Assembly (NCBI GenBank): GCA_028282585.1 | Contig: JANQHR010000126.1 | Location: forward strand, 40,832 to 104,831 | Direction: 5' to 3' | From: Bacteroidales bacterium | Lineage (GTDB): Bacteria > Bacteroidota > Bacteroidia > Bacteroidales > UBA12077 | DNA: 64,000 bases | In this document: piece by piece, positions 1 through 9,579 of the stretch | Position numbering within the stretch: position 1 is the stretch's first letter | How the letters are laid out: each line of letters opens with the position of its first letter | Made by a program: the position numbers and the translations under genes | The notes under the pieces: model-generated | What the model saw: the letters and a program-made list of their open reading frames with translations, nothing else | Told to the model about the DNA's origin: nothing | Databases searched by the model: none

Positions 1-65
1 CTAAGAGTGGAAGCGCTTGAAGCATTCAGCAAATGGAGAAATAAAACTGACAAAATTGAATATTA

Positions 66-587
66 ATGTCAAGAATCCAACGCAGTTTTTTTATAAGAGA
101 TGTTTTAGATGTAGCGTCTGACCTATTAGGTAAGATTCTGGTTCGAAAATTCGACGATGATTCTATTAAAAAATATTTAATTACAGAGGTTGAGGCGTAT
201 AGGGGGCAAGAGGATTTAGCATGTCATGCAAGTAAAGGAAGAACTTCTAGAACAGAAATTATGTTTCATGAAGGTGGATATGTATATGTTTATCTAATTT
301 ACGGAATGTATTGGATGCTTAATTTTGTTACAGAAAAAAAGGATATTCCACAAGCAGTTTTGATTCGTGGTATAGAAGGATTTGATGGGCCAGGAAAATT
401 GACCAAGAATTTGATGATAGATAAGTCATTTTACGGAGAAGATCTGATTTTTAGCAATAGATTATGGATTGAGAACAGTGAGTTGTCAGAAGATTTTAAA
501 ATAAAAACTACACCAAGAATAGGAATTGATTATGCCGGTGACATTTATAAAAATAAATTATGGAGGTTTGTAATTGAAAAGGATTAA
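66..587 (+). CDS. DNA-3-methyladenine glycosylase (MPG/AAG family)
   Basis: LLGKILVR, ITEVEAYRG.EDLACHAS, YVYLIYGMYWMLN, AVLIRG, GPGKLT, PRIGI motifs. Confidence 0.93.
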   Translation: MSRIQRSFFIRDVLDVASDLLGKILVRKFDDDSIKKYLITEVEAYRGQEDLACHASKGRTSRTEIMFHEGGYVYVYLIYGMYWMLNFVTEKKDIPQAVLIRGIEGFDGPGKLTKNLMIDKSFYGEDLIFSNRLWIENSELSEDFKIKTTPRIGIDYAGDIYKNKLWRFVIEKD

Positions 588-594
588 AGTTCTT

Positions 595-1707
595 TCAGAA
601 AAATCTATCATTAAATATAAACATTATTGCCCACGTATATTCAAGATTACTGCCCAATATATCATAAAAACTTTCGAATCGGATATTTAGGTTAATTCCT
701 TTTAAGACATTTTTGGTATAATCTATTTTCCCTATAGCAAGTTGCCTTAAAGGTTCTTCAACATAGAATTTAGTTCTTGAATAGGATTCAAATAATGGAT
801 TTCCAATAGGCGCAATATATTGTTCTCCATGCCAATATCCAAAATCCAGATCGAATATTGGAGTTATTATGTTCAAAGTTGTATAGCTTGCAATTCCATC
901 AATAAACATTTGCTGCTTATTGGGAGAAAGATCCTCATAACTTACGACATAACTTGCTAAACTAAATTGTTTAATTAAATTATTATTCAATGGTTTAGAC
1001 AATTTAATTCCGGTTGCATTATTAAAAATTGTAATTAGAGGTTTTGAAGTATTACTATTAATTTGTCCACCTTCATGTCTAATTAAATTCTGGAACGGAA
1101 TAAATAATTGAAAATTTTTCTTATCAATTATTAGAAATTTCGATGATAATCCTACATTAAACTGCTCTTGAAATGGATCTCCCTGCACAATTTGCTGTTC
1201 CCAATCTAACCATAAGTCTGCAAAAATTCGATCACTATTCCATAAAAACTGGATTCCATTTTCAATGCTTTTATTTAAATATCTCTCAAAATCAAAAAGA
1301 GGTTCAATCAATTTATGGTTTGTAGTTCCATATATGTTTCCAAGAATGAAATCTAAATTTTTATGAATTTTATATTGAAATGCTAATAATAATCTTGCCT
1401 CTACTTCATTTTCACGGCCATAATAGGAGAGAAAATTCCCCCCTAAACTCAATTTTAATTTTGCACTTGGCGTATAAATAAATCTTGGGGTAATATTAAA
1501 ACCAAGTAGGGTATATCCTTCCGCAATGGGTCCAAAATACTCGTTGTTTTTAATAAAATTATTGTTATCAATATGAAGATATAGTTTTCCAGTATCGCTT
1601 TTATGAATTTTATAATCTTGAATTAAAATGGAGTCATTTTGCGAATAAGAATGTGCAAAAGTAAAAATATTTAAAATGAGTATAGTAAGCGAAGTCTTAA
1701 AATTCAT
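595..1707 (-). CDS. Hypothetical exported/outer-membrane beta-rich protein
   Basis: N-terminal signal peptide, alternating aromatic beta-strand pattern, ends in Phe. Confidence 0.6.
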   Translation of the reverse strand: MNFKTSLTILILNIFTFAHSYSQNDSILIQDYKIHKSDTGKLYLHIDNNNFIKNNEYFGPIAEGYTLLGFNITPRFIYTPSAKLKLSLGGNFLSYYGRENEVEARLLLAFQYKIHKNLDFILGNIYGTTNHKLIEPLFDFERYLNKSIENGIQFLWNSDRIFADLWLDWEQQIVQGDPFQEQFNVGLSSKFLIIDKKNFQLFIPFQNLIRHEGGQINSNTSKPLITIFNNATGIKLSKPLNNNLIKQFSLASYVVSYEDLSPNKQQMFIDGIASYTTLNIITPIFDLDFGYWHGEQYIAPIGNPLFESYSRTKFYVEEPLRQLAIGKIDYTKNVLKGINLNIRFESFYDILGSNLEYTWAIMFIFNDRFF

Positions 1708-1860
1708 GTAAAATTTTTATGAGTTCGAAAATAAGAAAAAACCCTTAAAAACAACTTTTTATATATCGATAAATTCTTAATTAAGGTAAAATTTAAAATT
1801 AGATTTAACGTTATTTGTTTTAATTTAGGGCATTATTTTGATAAATCAATTTTACATAAA

Positions 1861-4800
1861 ATGAAAAATTTCCGTTTATACAATATTGTTGTTGGCTGGA
1901 TTTCATTCTTAATAGCTGCAATTGTTTATATGCTAACCATTGAACCAACTGCCAGTTTTTGGGATTGTGGAGAGTTTATAGCATCTGCATATAAATTAGA
2001 GATTGGTCACCCTCCTGGCGCACCGTTTTTTATGATATTAGGTAGGTTTTTTACAATTTTTACAGGATCTCCGGAAAATGCTGCAAAAATGGTTAATATA
2101 TTATCAGGGTTGGCTAGTGCCTTTACAATATTGTTCTTATTTTGGACAATCACTCATTTTGTTCGTAAAATTGTTATTAAAGCTGATAAAGATTATAGCA
2201 CCGGGAATATTATAACTATTTTAGGTAGTGGATTGGTTGGTGCATTAGCTTATACTTTTTCAGATACTTTTTGGTTTTCAGCTGTTGAAGCAGAAGTTTA
2301 TGCAACATCTTCATTATTTACTGCAGTAGTTTTCTGGGCAATTTTAAAATGGGAAAATGAATCGGACAGAAAATATGCTAATCGCTGGATTATTTTAATT
2401 GCTTATCTGATTGGACTTTCAATTGGTGTTCACCTGTTAAATTTATTGGCGATTCCCGCAATAGTTTTTGTTTATTATTTTAAAAAATACCCGGTAACTA
2501 AAAAAGGAGTATTTTATGCATTATTAATTTCCGGAATTTTATTAGGATCAATCATGTATATATTGATACCAGGCATTGTAAAAGTAGCATCTTGGTTCGA
2601 TTTGTTATTTGTAAATGGATTTGGATTACCATTTAATTCGGGAACAATATTTTACGTAGCTGTTTTAATTTCATTGATTATTTGGGGAATAAAATATACT
2701 CAGCGAAAAGGTAAAGTTGTATTTAATACCATAATTTTGGGAATGACAGTAGTTTTAATAGGATACTCGTCTTACGCAATGATTATTATTCGATCATCTG
2801 CTGATCCACCAATGGATCAAAATAATCCTGATAATGCTTTTGACTTACTTTATTATTTAAATCGGGAACAATATGGAGATAGACCTTTATTTTATGGTCA
2901 GACTTTTGATGCTCCCATGGTTGATAATAAAAAAACAAAGCCTGTCTACATAAAAAAAGGAGGTAAATATATTATAGCAGATCATAAAATTGAAGTTGAA
3001 TATGATGATCGATTTACTACGTTATTTCCAAGAATGTATAGTCCGGATAATAATCATGTAAATGAATATAAAAAGTGGTCAAATCTTGATGGAGATGAAA
3101 TTACAGTTAATTCAAGAGGAGGTCAGGTAGAGAAAAGGATTAAACCTTCTTTTGGAGATAATATAGGATTCTTTATTAGATATCAGGTTGGCCATATGTA
3201 TTTTAGATATTTTATGTGGAATTTCGCCGGGCGACAAAATGATATTCAAGGGCATGGAAATGTTTTAAAAGGAAATTGGTTAAGTGGAATTCCATTTATT
3301 GATAATGCAAGATTAGGAGATCAGGATTTGGTTCCCGAGCATTTGAAAAATAACCCTGCAAGAAATGAATATTTTATGCTCCCATTTATATTAGGATTAG
3401 TTGGATTATTTTTTCATTACAAAAAGCAAAAATATGATTTTACAATAGTGCTAATGTTGTTTATTCTAACAGGTTTGGCAATTGTTGTTTATTTGAATCA
3501 GTATCCGTTACAACCACGCGAACGGGATTATGCCTATGCAGGATCGTTTTATGCATTTTCAATTTGGCTGGGTTTAGGAGTTGCAGGATTAATTGATTTA
3601 TTAAGTAAAAAGGCTCCAAAGGTAATGTCTGCCTCTTTAGTTACTTTAATAACCTTAATATTGGTACCTGGAATAATGGCATCTGAGAATTGGGATGATC
3701 ATGATAGATCAGGACGTTATACCGCAAGAGATATGGCATATAATTACCTTAACTCATGTAAGGAGAATGCTATCTTATTTACAAATGGCGATAATGATAC
3801 GTTTCCGCTTTGGTATGCTCAAGAAGTGGAAGGCATAAGAACAGACATAAAGGTTTGTAATCTGAGTTATTTACGCGCAGCTTGGTATATAGATCAAATG
3901 AGCAGAAAATCATATGAATCGGAAAAACTTCCATTTTCATTAACTTATGAACAATACCATAAAGGGAATCGCGATATTTTGCCAATTTACGATAGAGTAG
4001 GACAGGCAGTTGATGTAAAAGATGTAATGGAATTTATTGCAAGTGATGATCCAAAAACTAAAATTAAATCACCTTTTGTCGCAAATGAAACAATTAATTA
4101 CATCCCAACTGATAAGTTTAAACTGCAGATAAATGCTGAAGATGTGTTGAAAAAGGGTATTGTAAGTGAAAAATACGCAGATAGAATTGAAGATAAAATG
4201 GAATGGAGTTTTGGTCAGCGATATTTATATAAAGACGGATTAATGCTACTTGATATGTTAGCAACAAATAATTGGGAGAGACCAATTTATTGGGCAATGA
4301 CTGTTTCAAGTTCAAAGTATTTTAACCTGCAAAAGTATTTTAAAGTTGATGGGCTAACTTATCAGCTAGTGCCAGTATTGGCTGAGAATGAAAGATTTTA
4401 CAGCGGAGAAGTAGATTCGGATGTAATGTATGATAATATAATGAATAAATTTCGTTGGGGTGGAATAGAAGAAAATGATATTTATTTTGACGAAAATAAC
4501 ATTCGAATGTTTTCTAATTTAAGAAGTAGTTTTGGTCGTTTAGCAGAAAAATTAATTAAAGAAAATAAGAGAGATTCTGCACTAAGAGTTCTTGATCGAT
4601 GTATGGAGCTGTTTCCTGATCATAAAATACCTTACAATAATACTTTGATTTCAGTAATTTCAGCGTATTATCATGCAGAAGCATATGAAACCGCAGATGA
4701 TTTGGTACAGAAGCTTTCGGATAAAGTAAGTGTAGAATTAGACTATTATTTTAGTTTAGATCCGAAATACATGATAGGAACTAAAGACATGTCAAAAGAA

Positions 4801-4926
4801 AAACAATTAAATTTATATATTCTACAGGAGCTATATAAAATTACCGCTGATAATAATCAAATTGAAAAGGCAAAGGATATTGAATTAAGGTTTATGAATT
4901 ATATGCAGTTATATAATAGTTATTAA
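1861..4926 (+). CDS. DUF2723 / TMEM260-like GT-C membrane glycosyltransferase
   Basis: SFWDCGEFIA, HPPGAP, SAVEAEVYA, PRERDY, FTNGDNDTFPLWY motifs; many TM helices. Confidence 0.88.
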   Translation: MKNFRLYNIVVGWISFLIAAIVYMLTIEPTASFWDCGEFIASAYKLEIGHPPGAPFFMILGRFFTIFTGSPENAAKMVNILSGLASAFTILFLFWTITHFVRKIVIKADKDYSTGNIITILGSGLVGALAYTFSDTFWFSAVEAEVYATSSLFTAVVFWAILKWENESDRKYANRWIILIAYLIGLSIGVHLLNLLAIPAIVFVYYFKKYPVTKKGVFYALLISGILLGSIMYILIPGIVKVASWFDLLFVNGFGLPFNSGTIFYVAVLISLIIWGIKYTQRKGKVVFNTIILGMTVVLIGYSSYAMIIIRSSADPPMDQNNPDNAFDLLYYLNREQYGDRPLFYGQTFDAPMVDNKKTKPVYIKKGGKYIIADHKIEVEYDDRFTTLFPRMYSPDNNHVNEYKKWSNLDGDEITVNSRGGQVEKRIKPSFGDNIGFFIRYQVGHMYFRYFMWNFAGRQNDIQGHGNVLKGNWLSGIPFIDNARLGDQDLVPEHLKNNPARNEYFMLPFILGLVGLFFHYKKQKYDFTIVLMLFILTGLAIVVYLNQYPLQPRERDYAYAGSFYAFSIWLGLGVAGLIDLLSKKAPKVMSASLVTLITLILVPGIMASENWDDHDRSGRYTARDMAYNYLNSCKENAILFTNGDNDTFPLWYAQEVEGIRTDIKVCNLSYLRAAWYIDQMSRKSYESEKLPFSLTYEQYHKGNRDILPIYDRVGQAVDVKDVMEFIASDDPKTKIKSPFVANETINYIPTDKFKLQINAEDVLKKGIVSEKYADRIEDKMEWSFGQRYLYKDGLMLLDMLATNNWERPIYWAMTVSSSKYFNLQKYFKVDGLTYQLVPVLAENERFYSGEVDSDVMYDNIMNKFRWGGIEENDIYFDENNIRMFSNLRSSFGRLAEKLIKENKRDSALRVLDRCMELFPDHKIPYNNTLISVISAYYHAEAYETADDLVQKLSDKVSVELDYYFSLDPKYMIGTKDMSKEKQLNLYILQELYKITADNNQIEKAKDIELRFMNYMQLYNSY

Positions 4927-5547
4927 ATGTTAAAAAAAGAACATATTGCAGCAAAAATTCTTAGAGATTTAACCTGGCATTTTGCAGGAAAAGACAATGA
5001 ACTTTTCTTAACTTTTGATGATGGCCCTTCTCCTGAGATTACTCCATGGGTGCTATCTATATTAGCGGAGTATGACGCAAAGGCAACTTTTTTTTGTATA
5101 GGAGGCAAAGTAGATAGAAATCCGAGTTTGTATGAACAAATATTGAAAGAAGGACATTCCGTAGGAAACCATGGATATTTGCACATGAATGGATGGAGAA
5201 CAGGAACCGATAAGTATGTTAGAAATGTTTACAGAGCAGCACATTTTATAAATTCGGATTTATTCAGGCCTCCTTATGGGAGGATTCGTCCAAAACAAAT
5301 TACTCAATTAAAAAAAGAGTTTAGAATTGTAATGTGGGATGTACTATCAGGTGATTACGATAAAAAAGTTAATGAAGTAAGGTGTTTGTACAATGTTCTA
5401 TCTTATGCCGAATCAGGATCAATCATTGTTTTTCATGACAATATGAAGTCTGAGAAAAACCTAAAGTATGTTTTACCAAAAGTGCTTGAGCATTTTACGA
5501 AAAAAGATTTTATATTTAATTCAATAGAGTATAAAAAAATAGATTAA
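4927..5547 (+). CDS. Polysaccharide deacetylase (CE4/NodB)
   Basis: LTFDDGP, GNHGYLH, FRPPYG, IIVFHD motifs. Confidence 0.93.
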   Translation: MLKKEHIAAKILRDLTWHFAGKDNELFLTFDDGPSPEITPWVLSILAEYDAKATFFCIGGKVDRNPSLYEQILKEGHSVGNHGYLHMNGWRTGTDKYVRNVYRAAHFINSDLFRPPYGRIRPKQITQLKKEFRIVMWDVLSGDYDKKVNEVRCLYNVLSYAESGSIIVFHDNMKSEKNLKYVLPKVLEHFTKKDFIFNSIEYKKID

Positions 5548-6713
5548 GATCTTTTATTAAAAAGGAACTTATAAATTAACAAAAAAGGTCTTAAAAAATA
5601 ATAAATAAAAAATAGAGAGTCTTTTATTTTTACTATTTCCCAATCAGACAGATGTGTTCTAAGTCGAAACAATAAATCCAGATAATATTTAGAATCTTTT
5701 TTAAGTTTTAGTCTGTAAAAAACAAACTTCAGTTTTCCTAAGATATTTTTTTGACTAATATCTTTGGTGTTTATAGAGTTTAAAGGCATTCTTATTAAGG
5801 CAGGTTTTATATTAAATTCGATAAAATTTATCTCTTTAGTATGATATATCTTATTCGAAAGCATACAAGCCTGAATAAATGTTTTATCTAGTTTTAATTT
5901 CTTAGATAGGTCGAAAGCAGATTTTAATTCATTTTCATTGCTTTTTGTAATTGAAACAGAAAAATCTTTTAACCAAAATAATCTATACCATTGATGAATA
6001 CTTCCATGCGCAGCCTGATAAACTAAGTTTTCAGTTTTAGAGATATAAGGTAATTTGTAATTTGAAACCTTCAGGTTTTGTTTGTTAGAGATGATATTAT
6101 TTGTTTCTAATCCTAAAAATGATTTAGGGTTAGTCATATTCCAATGCAGTTCAATTTCAATTCCTTGAATTGAATGGACAAAATGATAATGATGACTTAT
6201 GCCATAATTGATTTTTTTTTGTTTTTCTGTTAATTTTATAGAAGGATAGACACAGATAAAATTAAAGTCTTCAATGATTTTTTTTGCTCTTTCAGTATCG
6301 CTGTTTTTTACTAAAACATCAATATCCCTGAAATTTCTAAAACCGATATCATTGTATAAATCGATTGAAAGCAATGGACCTTTAAAGAAACAGTGCTCTA
6401 TATTTTGTTTATTAAATTCCTCATGAATCCTTATCGCATGTATCGCAAAATTTAAAGCACGTTTTGAGTGTTCTAACCGGATTTCTATTAATTTTTCGTA
6501 AACAGGGATAGGTATTTTTTCTGCTAAAAAAGTAGAATGTTTTAATATATGTGATATGACTCTGTGTTTAATGGCAAGCTCAAAAAAGTCATCCCAATCA
6601 ATTTTGGAAAGATCTAATTGATAGTCACTCTCTAATTTATTTTGTGTAAGGTAAATTATAAGTTTGAGTTCTTCTGAAAATTTTGAACTCATATAGCTTT
6701 TTATTTTATTCAT
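5544..6713 (-). CDS. Nucleotidyltransferase (NTP_transf_5 family), lasso-cluster tailoring enzyme
   Basis: FFKGPLL, RNFRDIDVLV, IEIELHW, HGSIH.W.RLFWLKD motifs; start overlaps the cyclase stop region. Confidence 0.85.
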   Translation of the reverse strand: MNKIKSYMSSKFSEELKLIIYLTQNKLESDYQLDLSKIDWDDFFELAIKHRVISHILKHSTFLAEKIPIPVYEKLIEIRLEHSKRALNFAIHAIRIHEEFNKQNIEHCFFKGPLLSIDLYNDIGFRNFRDIDVLVKNSDTERAKKIIEDFNFICVYPSIKLTEKQKKINYGISHHYHFVHSIQGIEIELHWNMTNPKSFLGLETNNIISNKQNLKVSNYKLPYISKTENLVYQAAHGSIHQWYRLFWLKDFSVSITKSNENELKSAFDLSKKLKLDKTFIQACMLSNKIYHTKEINFIEFNIKPALIRMPLNSINTKDISQKNILGKLKFVFYRLKLKKDSKYYLDLLFRLRTHLSDWEIVKIKDSLFFIYYFLRPFLLIYKFLFNKRS

Positions 6714-8578
6714 TTAAACATGGTTGGATTATTTTCAATAAACAGAATTAATTTTAAATAGTTATAAAATGCTCCGGGGTTTATATCCCGATATTTTTTT
6801 TCTGATCTTTTACGTAATTTATTAAACCATTGTTCGTATTTATTTACATCAATATATTGGGTAATTAATTTATTTGATTTTGCCCTTGTAATAATTTCAA
6901 GAATTTGTTCCGAATCATTCATCATTCGCATATGAACAGTAGGAATTGTTGCCCCACTTTTATCATTTCTCCATTGAATTTTTTCAGGAACTATTCCTTC
7001 AAGTGATCTTCGAATCAGGTATCTGCCGATTCCGTTTCTAGCTTTCAACCTGGTTGGAACGGATAAATAATATTCGATTAAACGGATATCAAGTAATGGA
7101 TATCTATATTCGATACCATAGTTTCTTGCTATCAAAGAACAATATTCAAGACGCTGTGATACATGCTGATGTGTAATTCTTTCAATATTTCTTTGTTGTA
7201 GTCCGGTTATATTTAATTTTTGATAATTAGAATAATATCTTTCCTTTATTTTATGTTTTTCTAAAAAAAATGGATTGATTGCCAGGTTTTTAAATTTATA
7301 AGTCCACCAGGGTTTTTTAAATTTTAGTTTTAAAAGAATCGGGAAACGGGATTTTAAAAAAACTTTAAGATACCTTTTTAGATAATTTAAATAATTGGGA
7401 TATTGATTTTTGAGATCAACCTTAAGTTCTTTCCATTTTTTATTTGCAGCCAATTCATTTAAATATCCCGAAGATTTTGAGGTAACTACTTCATCGCCAC
7501 CAAATCCAGAAAGTAAAACAGTTATATTTTCTTGCTTTGCTTTTTCGTATAACTGATCAGAAAATACACCAAAATTTTGCTGAAACAAACTTCTGGTCTC
7601 ACTTACATTTTGTTTTAATGTTTTGAGTAAAGATTTCTCTGATGTTATAAAATTTCGATTCTCTATTTTACTATAATTCGCTAATAGATTTATAAAATCC
7701 CGTTCATCTTTAAAGGGATGAATTTTTCCAAATAAATGGTCTGGTAAAACATGAGAAAATGATTTAACTGGAAGAAAGTTTGAGGCTATAGCCATAACAC
7801 AAGATGAGTCAATTCCACCGCTTAATTCTGCGCCAACCGATTCCACGTATTTGGTTCTGCAACTAACAGATTCAAATAGCAAGTGTTTAAAATCGTTAAT
7901 TATATCAACATCTTTTTTTTGAACTTCCCTTTTAGTGTTTAGTACCCAATATGATTTTATATCGAGCTTATTATTTTTTAATATAAGAATGTGTGCCGGA
8001 GGTAATTTCTTAACTTCGGCATAAGTTGTTCGGAATTTTTCCGATTTTACAATAGAAATTGTATCGGCGACTTGTTGATTGTCAATTGAAAAAACAAGAT
8101 CGGTTTGTTCTAAAATGCTAGCGACATCGGTTGAAAAAACAAATGAGTCTTTATTAAAATAATAATGAAAGGGTTTTATTCCCAAATGATCACGAGCACA
8201 GAAAAGCTCTTCGTTTTTTGAATCCCAGATCGCGAAAGCAAAATCACCGATTAGGTAATTTACGCATTTATTTCCCCATTTTATATATGCTTCTAAAATG
8301 ATAAAATCATCACTGAGGCCTTTATTAATTTCTAAATCTCTGATGATTTCATTTCTATTGTAAATAACAGAATCAGAAACCAGGATAAAACCTGCATAAT
8401 TTAAAATGGGTTGGTTTTCAAAAGGTGGGAAAAGTACTAGCCCAAAACCAGAGTGATTTTCTAGTGTAAATTGAGATTTATTTTTTAAATAAACGGTAAG
8501 TTTTTTGATACTTTTCTTAAAAAGCTCTTGGTTTATAGGTTCTGTGTTAACGTTTACTCTTCCAAATATAGACCGCAT
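6710..8578 (-). CDS. Lasso peptide cyclase (protein C; asparagine synthase-like)
   Basis: GDFAFAIWD, ARDHLGIKP, ELSGGIDSS (PP-loop), LSGFGGDE, YPLLD.RL; N-terminus MRSIFG lacks the AsnB catalytic Cys; clustered with B1/B2/precursor. Confidence 0.9.
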   Translation of the reverse strand: MRSIFGRVNVNTEPINQELFKKSIKKLTVYLKNKSQFTLENHSGFGLVLFPPFENQPILNYAGFILVSDSVIYNRNEIIRDLEINKGLSDDFIILEAYIKWGNKCVNYLIGDFAFAIWDSKNEELFCARDHLGIKPFHYYFNKDSFVFSTDVASILEQTDLVFSIDNQQVADTISIVKSEKFRTTYAEVKKLPPAHILILKNNKLDIKSYWVLNTKREVQKKDVDIINDFKHLLFESVSCRTKYVESVGAELSGGIDSSCVMAIASNFLPVKSFSHVLPDHLFGKIHPFKDERDFINLLANYSKIENRNFITSEKSLLKTLKQNVSETRSLFQQNFGVFSDQLYEKAKQENITVLLSGFGGDEVVTSKSSGYLNELAANKKWKELKVDLKNQYPNYLNYLKRYLKVFLKSRFPILLKLKFKKPWWTYKFKNLAINPFFLEKHKIKERYYSNYQKLNITGLQQRNIERITHQHVSQRLEYCSLIARNYGIEYRYPLLDIRLIEYYLSVPTRLKARNGIGRYLIRRSLEGIVPEKIQWRNDKSGATIPTVHMRMMNDSEQILEIITRAKSNKLITQYIDVNKYEQWFNKLRKRSEKKYRDINPGAFYNYLKLILFIENNPTMFK

Positions 8579-8592
8579 ATATTCGTTTTAAG

Positions 8593-8600
8593 CAAAGATA
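8593..8600 (-). promoter_or_regulatory. Putative Bacteroidota -7 promoter element for cyclase/nucleotidyltransferase
   Basis: TATCTTTG (TAnnTTTG) on minus strand 14 nt upstream of the cyclase ATG. Confidence 0.55.
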
Positions 8601-8657
8601 AGCAATTTACGCAAGTGTCTTTAAACAACTGAAAACAGGATTTTATCTGTTTTTCAA

Positions 8658-8665
8658 TAAATTTG
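8658..8665 (+). promoter_or_regulatory. Putative -7 promoter element for kinase-sulfotransferase-B1-B2 operon
   Basis: TAAATTTG 17 nt upstream of ATG 8683. Confidence 0.45.
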
Positions 8666-8682
8666 TGTTAGTTTGCACTAAA

Positions 8683-9579
8683 ATGAAAAAGAAATTTACA
8701 TATAAAGCATTTGGCTTAATTTTTAACTCGGATTTTGAAATTCCGGAACTCTTAACCGGATCAGGCGATACTGGCATAAAAATCGAGTTGGGGAAGACTC
8801 CAAATCAACTTCAAAAAATTACTAATAAAGGAGTAAAATATGAAGCAACTAAAAATGAATTTTTGCTTCAGGTTGATCACATAGCAAGATATTATGTTCA
8901 AGACGGCGAGAAAATAACCATAGAATTATTAAAAGATAAAGTTGATAAAGAAGTTAGGTTGTTTTTGTTAGGTTCTGCATTTGGTTCTCTTTTTCTTCAA
9001 AGGGGATTGCTGCCGATCCATGGGAGTAGTATTAAGTTCAAAAACTTTGCAACTATATTTACAGGCTTAAGCGGTGTTGGAAAATCAACTATAGCGGCAC
9101 ATTTTGTTAAACTATCTTATCAGGCTTTGGCAGATGACATTAGTGTTATAAATCACCAATTGCAAGTTGCGCCTGGTTTTCCAAGTTTGAAAATATGGAA
9201 TGATGTTTTGGAAAAATTGGAAATTGACAGTGAAAAATTAAATCAAATAAGGCCAAATTTTAAAAAGTTTCGTGTACCGGTTAATGAGCAATATTATTCC
9301 GAACCAGTTCCATTGAAAAATATCGTGATTCTTAGCACAAAAAACTCTCCGGGATTTGAAATCGAGGAGTTAAACGGAATTAAAAAGTTTACTGCAATCA
9401 AGAATAATACCTATCGATATCGATTTGTTCAGGGGCTTGAAAAACAACTGGATCATTTTCAGATTCTTGATAAGCTCTTGCCGAAAATAAAGGTTTATAA
9501 AGTTTCAAAACCACAGGCCCCATTATTGTTAGATGAATTAGGTGATTTTTTATTACAGAAAATTGAATTAAATGTCTAA
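8683..9579 (+). CDS. HPr-kinase-like lasso peptide kinase (PadeK-like); start moved to ATG 8683
   Basis: YKAFGL N-terminus, LLPIHGSSI, Walker A GLSGVGKST, LADD motif. Confidence 0.87.
   Translation: MKKKFTYKAFGLIFNSDFEIPELLTGSGDTGIKIELGKTPNQLQKITNKGVKYEATKNEFLLQVDHIARYYVQDGEKITIELLKDKVDKEVRLFLLGSAFGSLFLQRGLLPIHGSSIKFKNFATIFTGLSGVGKSTIAAHFVKLSYQALADDISVINHQLQVAPGFPSLKIWNDVLEKLEIDSEKLNQIRPNFKKFRVPVNEQYYSEPVPLKNIVILSTKNSPGFEIEELNGIKKFTAIKNNTYRYRFVQGLEKQLDHFQILDKLLPKIKVYKVSKPQAPLLLDELGDFLLQKIELNV

Noticed and set aside
3779-5244. Short antisense ORFs inside DUF2723 and the deacetylase, and similar shadow ORFs throughout the window
   Set aside because: They overlap well-supported genes and have no recognisable motifs; typical antisense or alternate-frame artefacts.
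6710-8578. Annotation as asparagine synthetase AsnB
   Set aside because: It lacks the N-terminal catalytic Cys and sits with B1, B2 and a lasso precursor.
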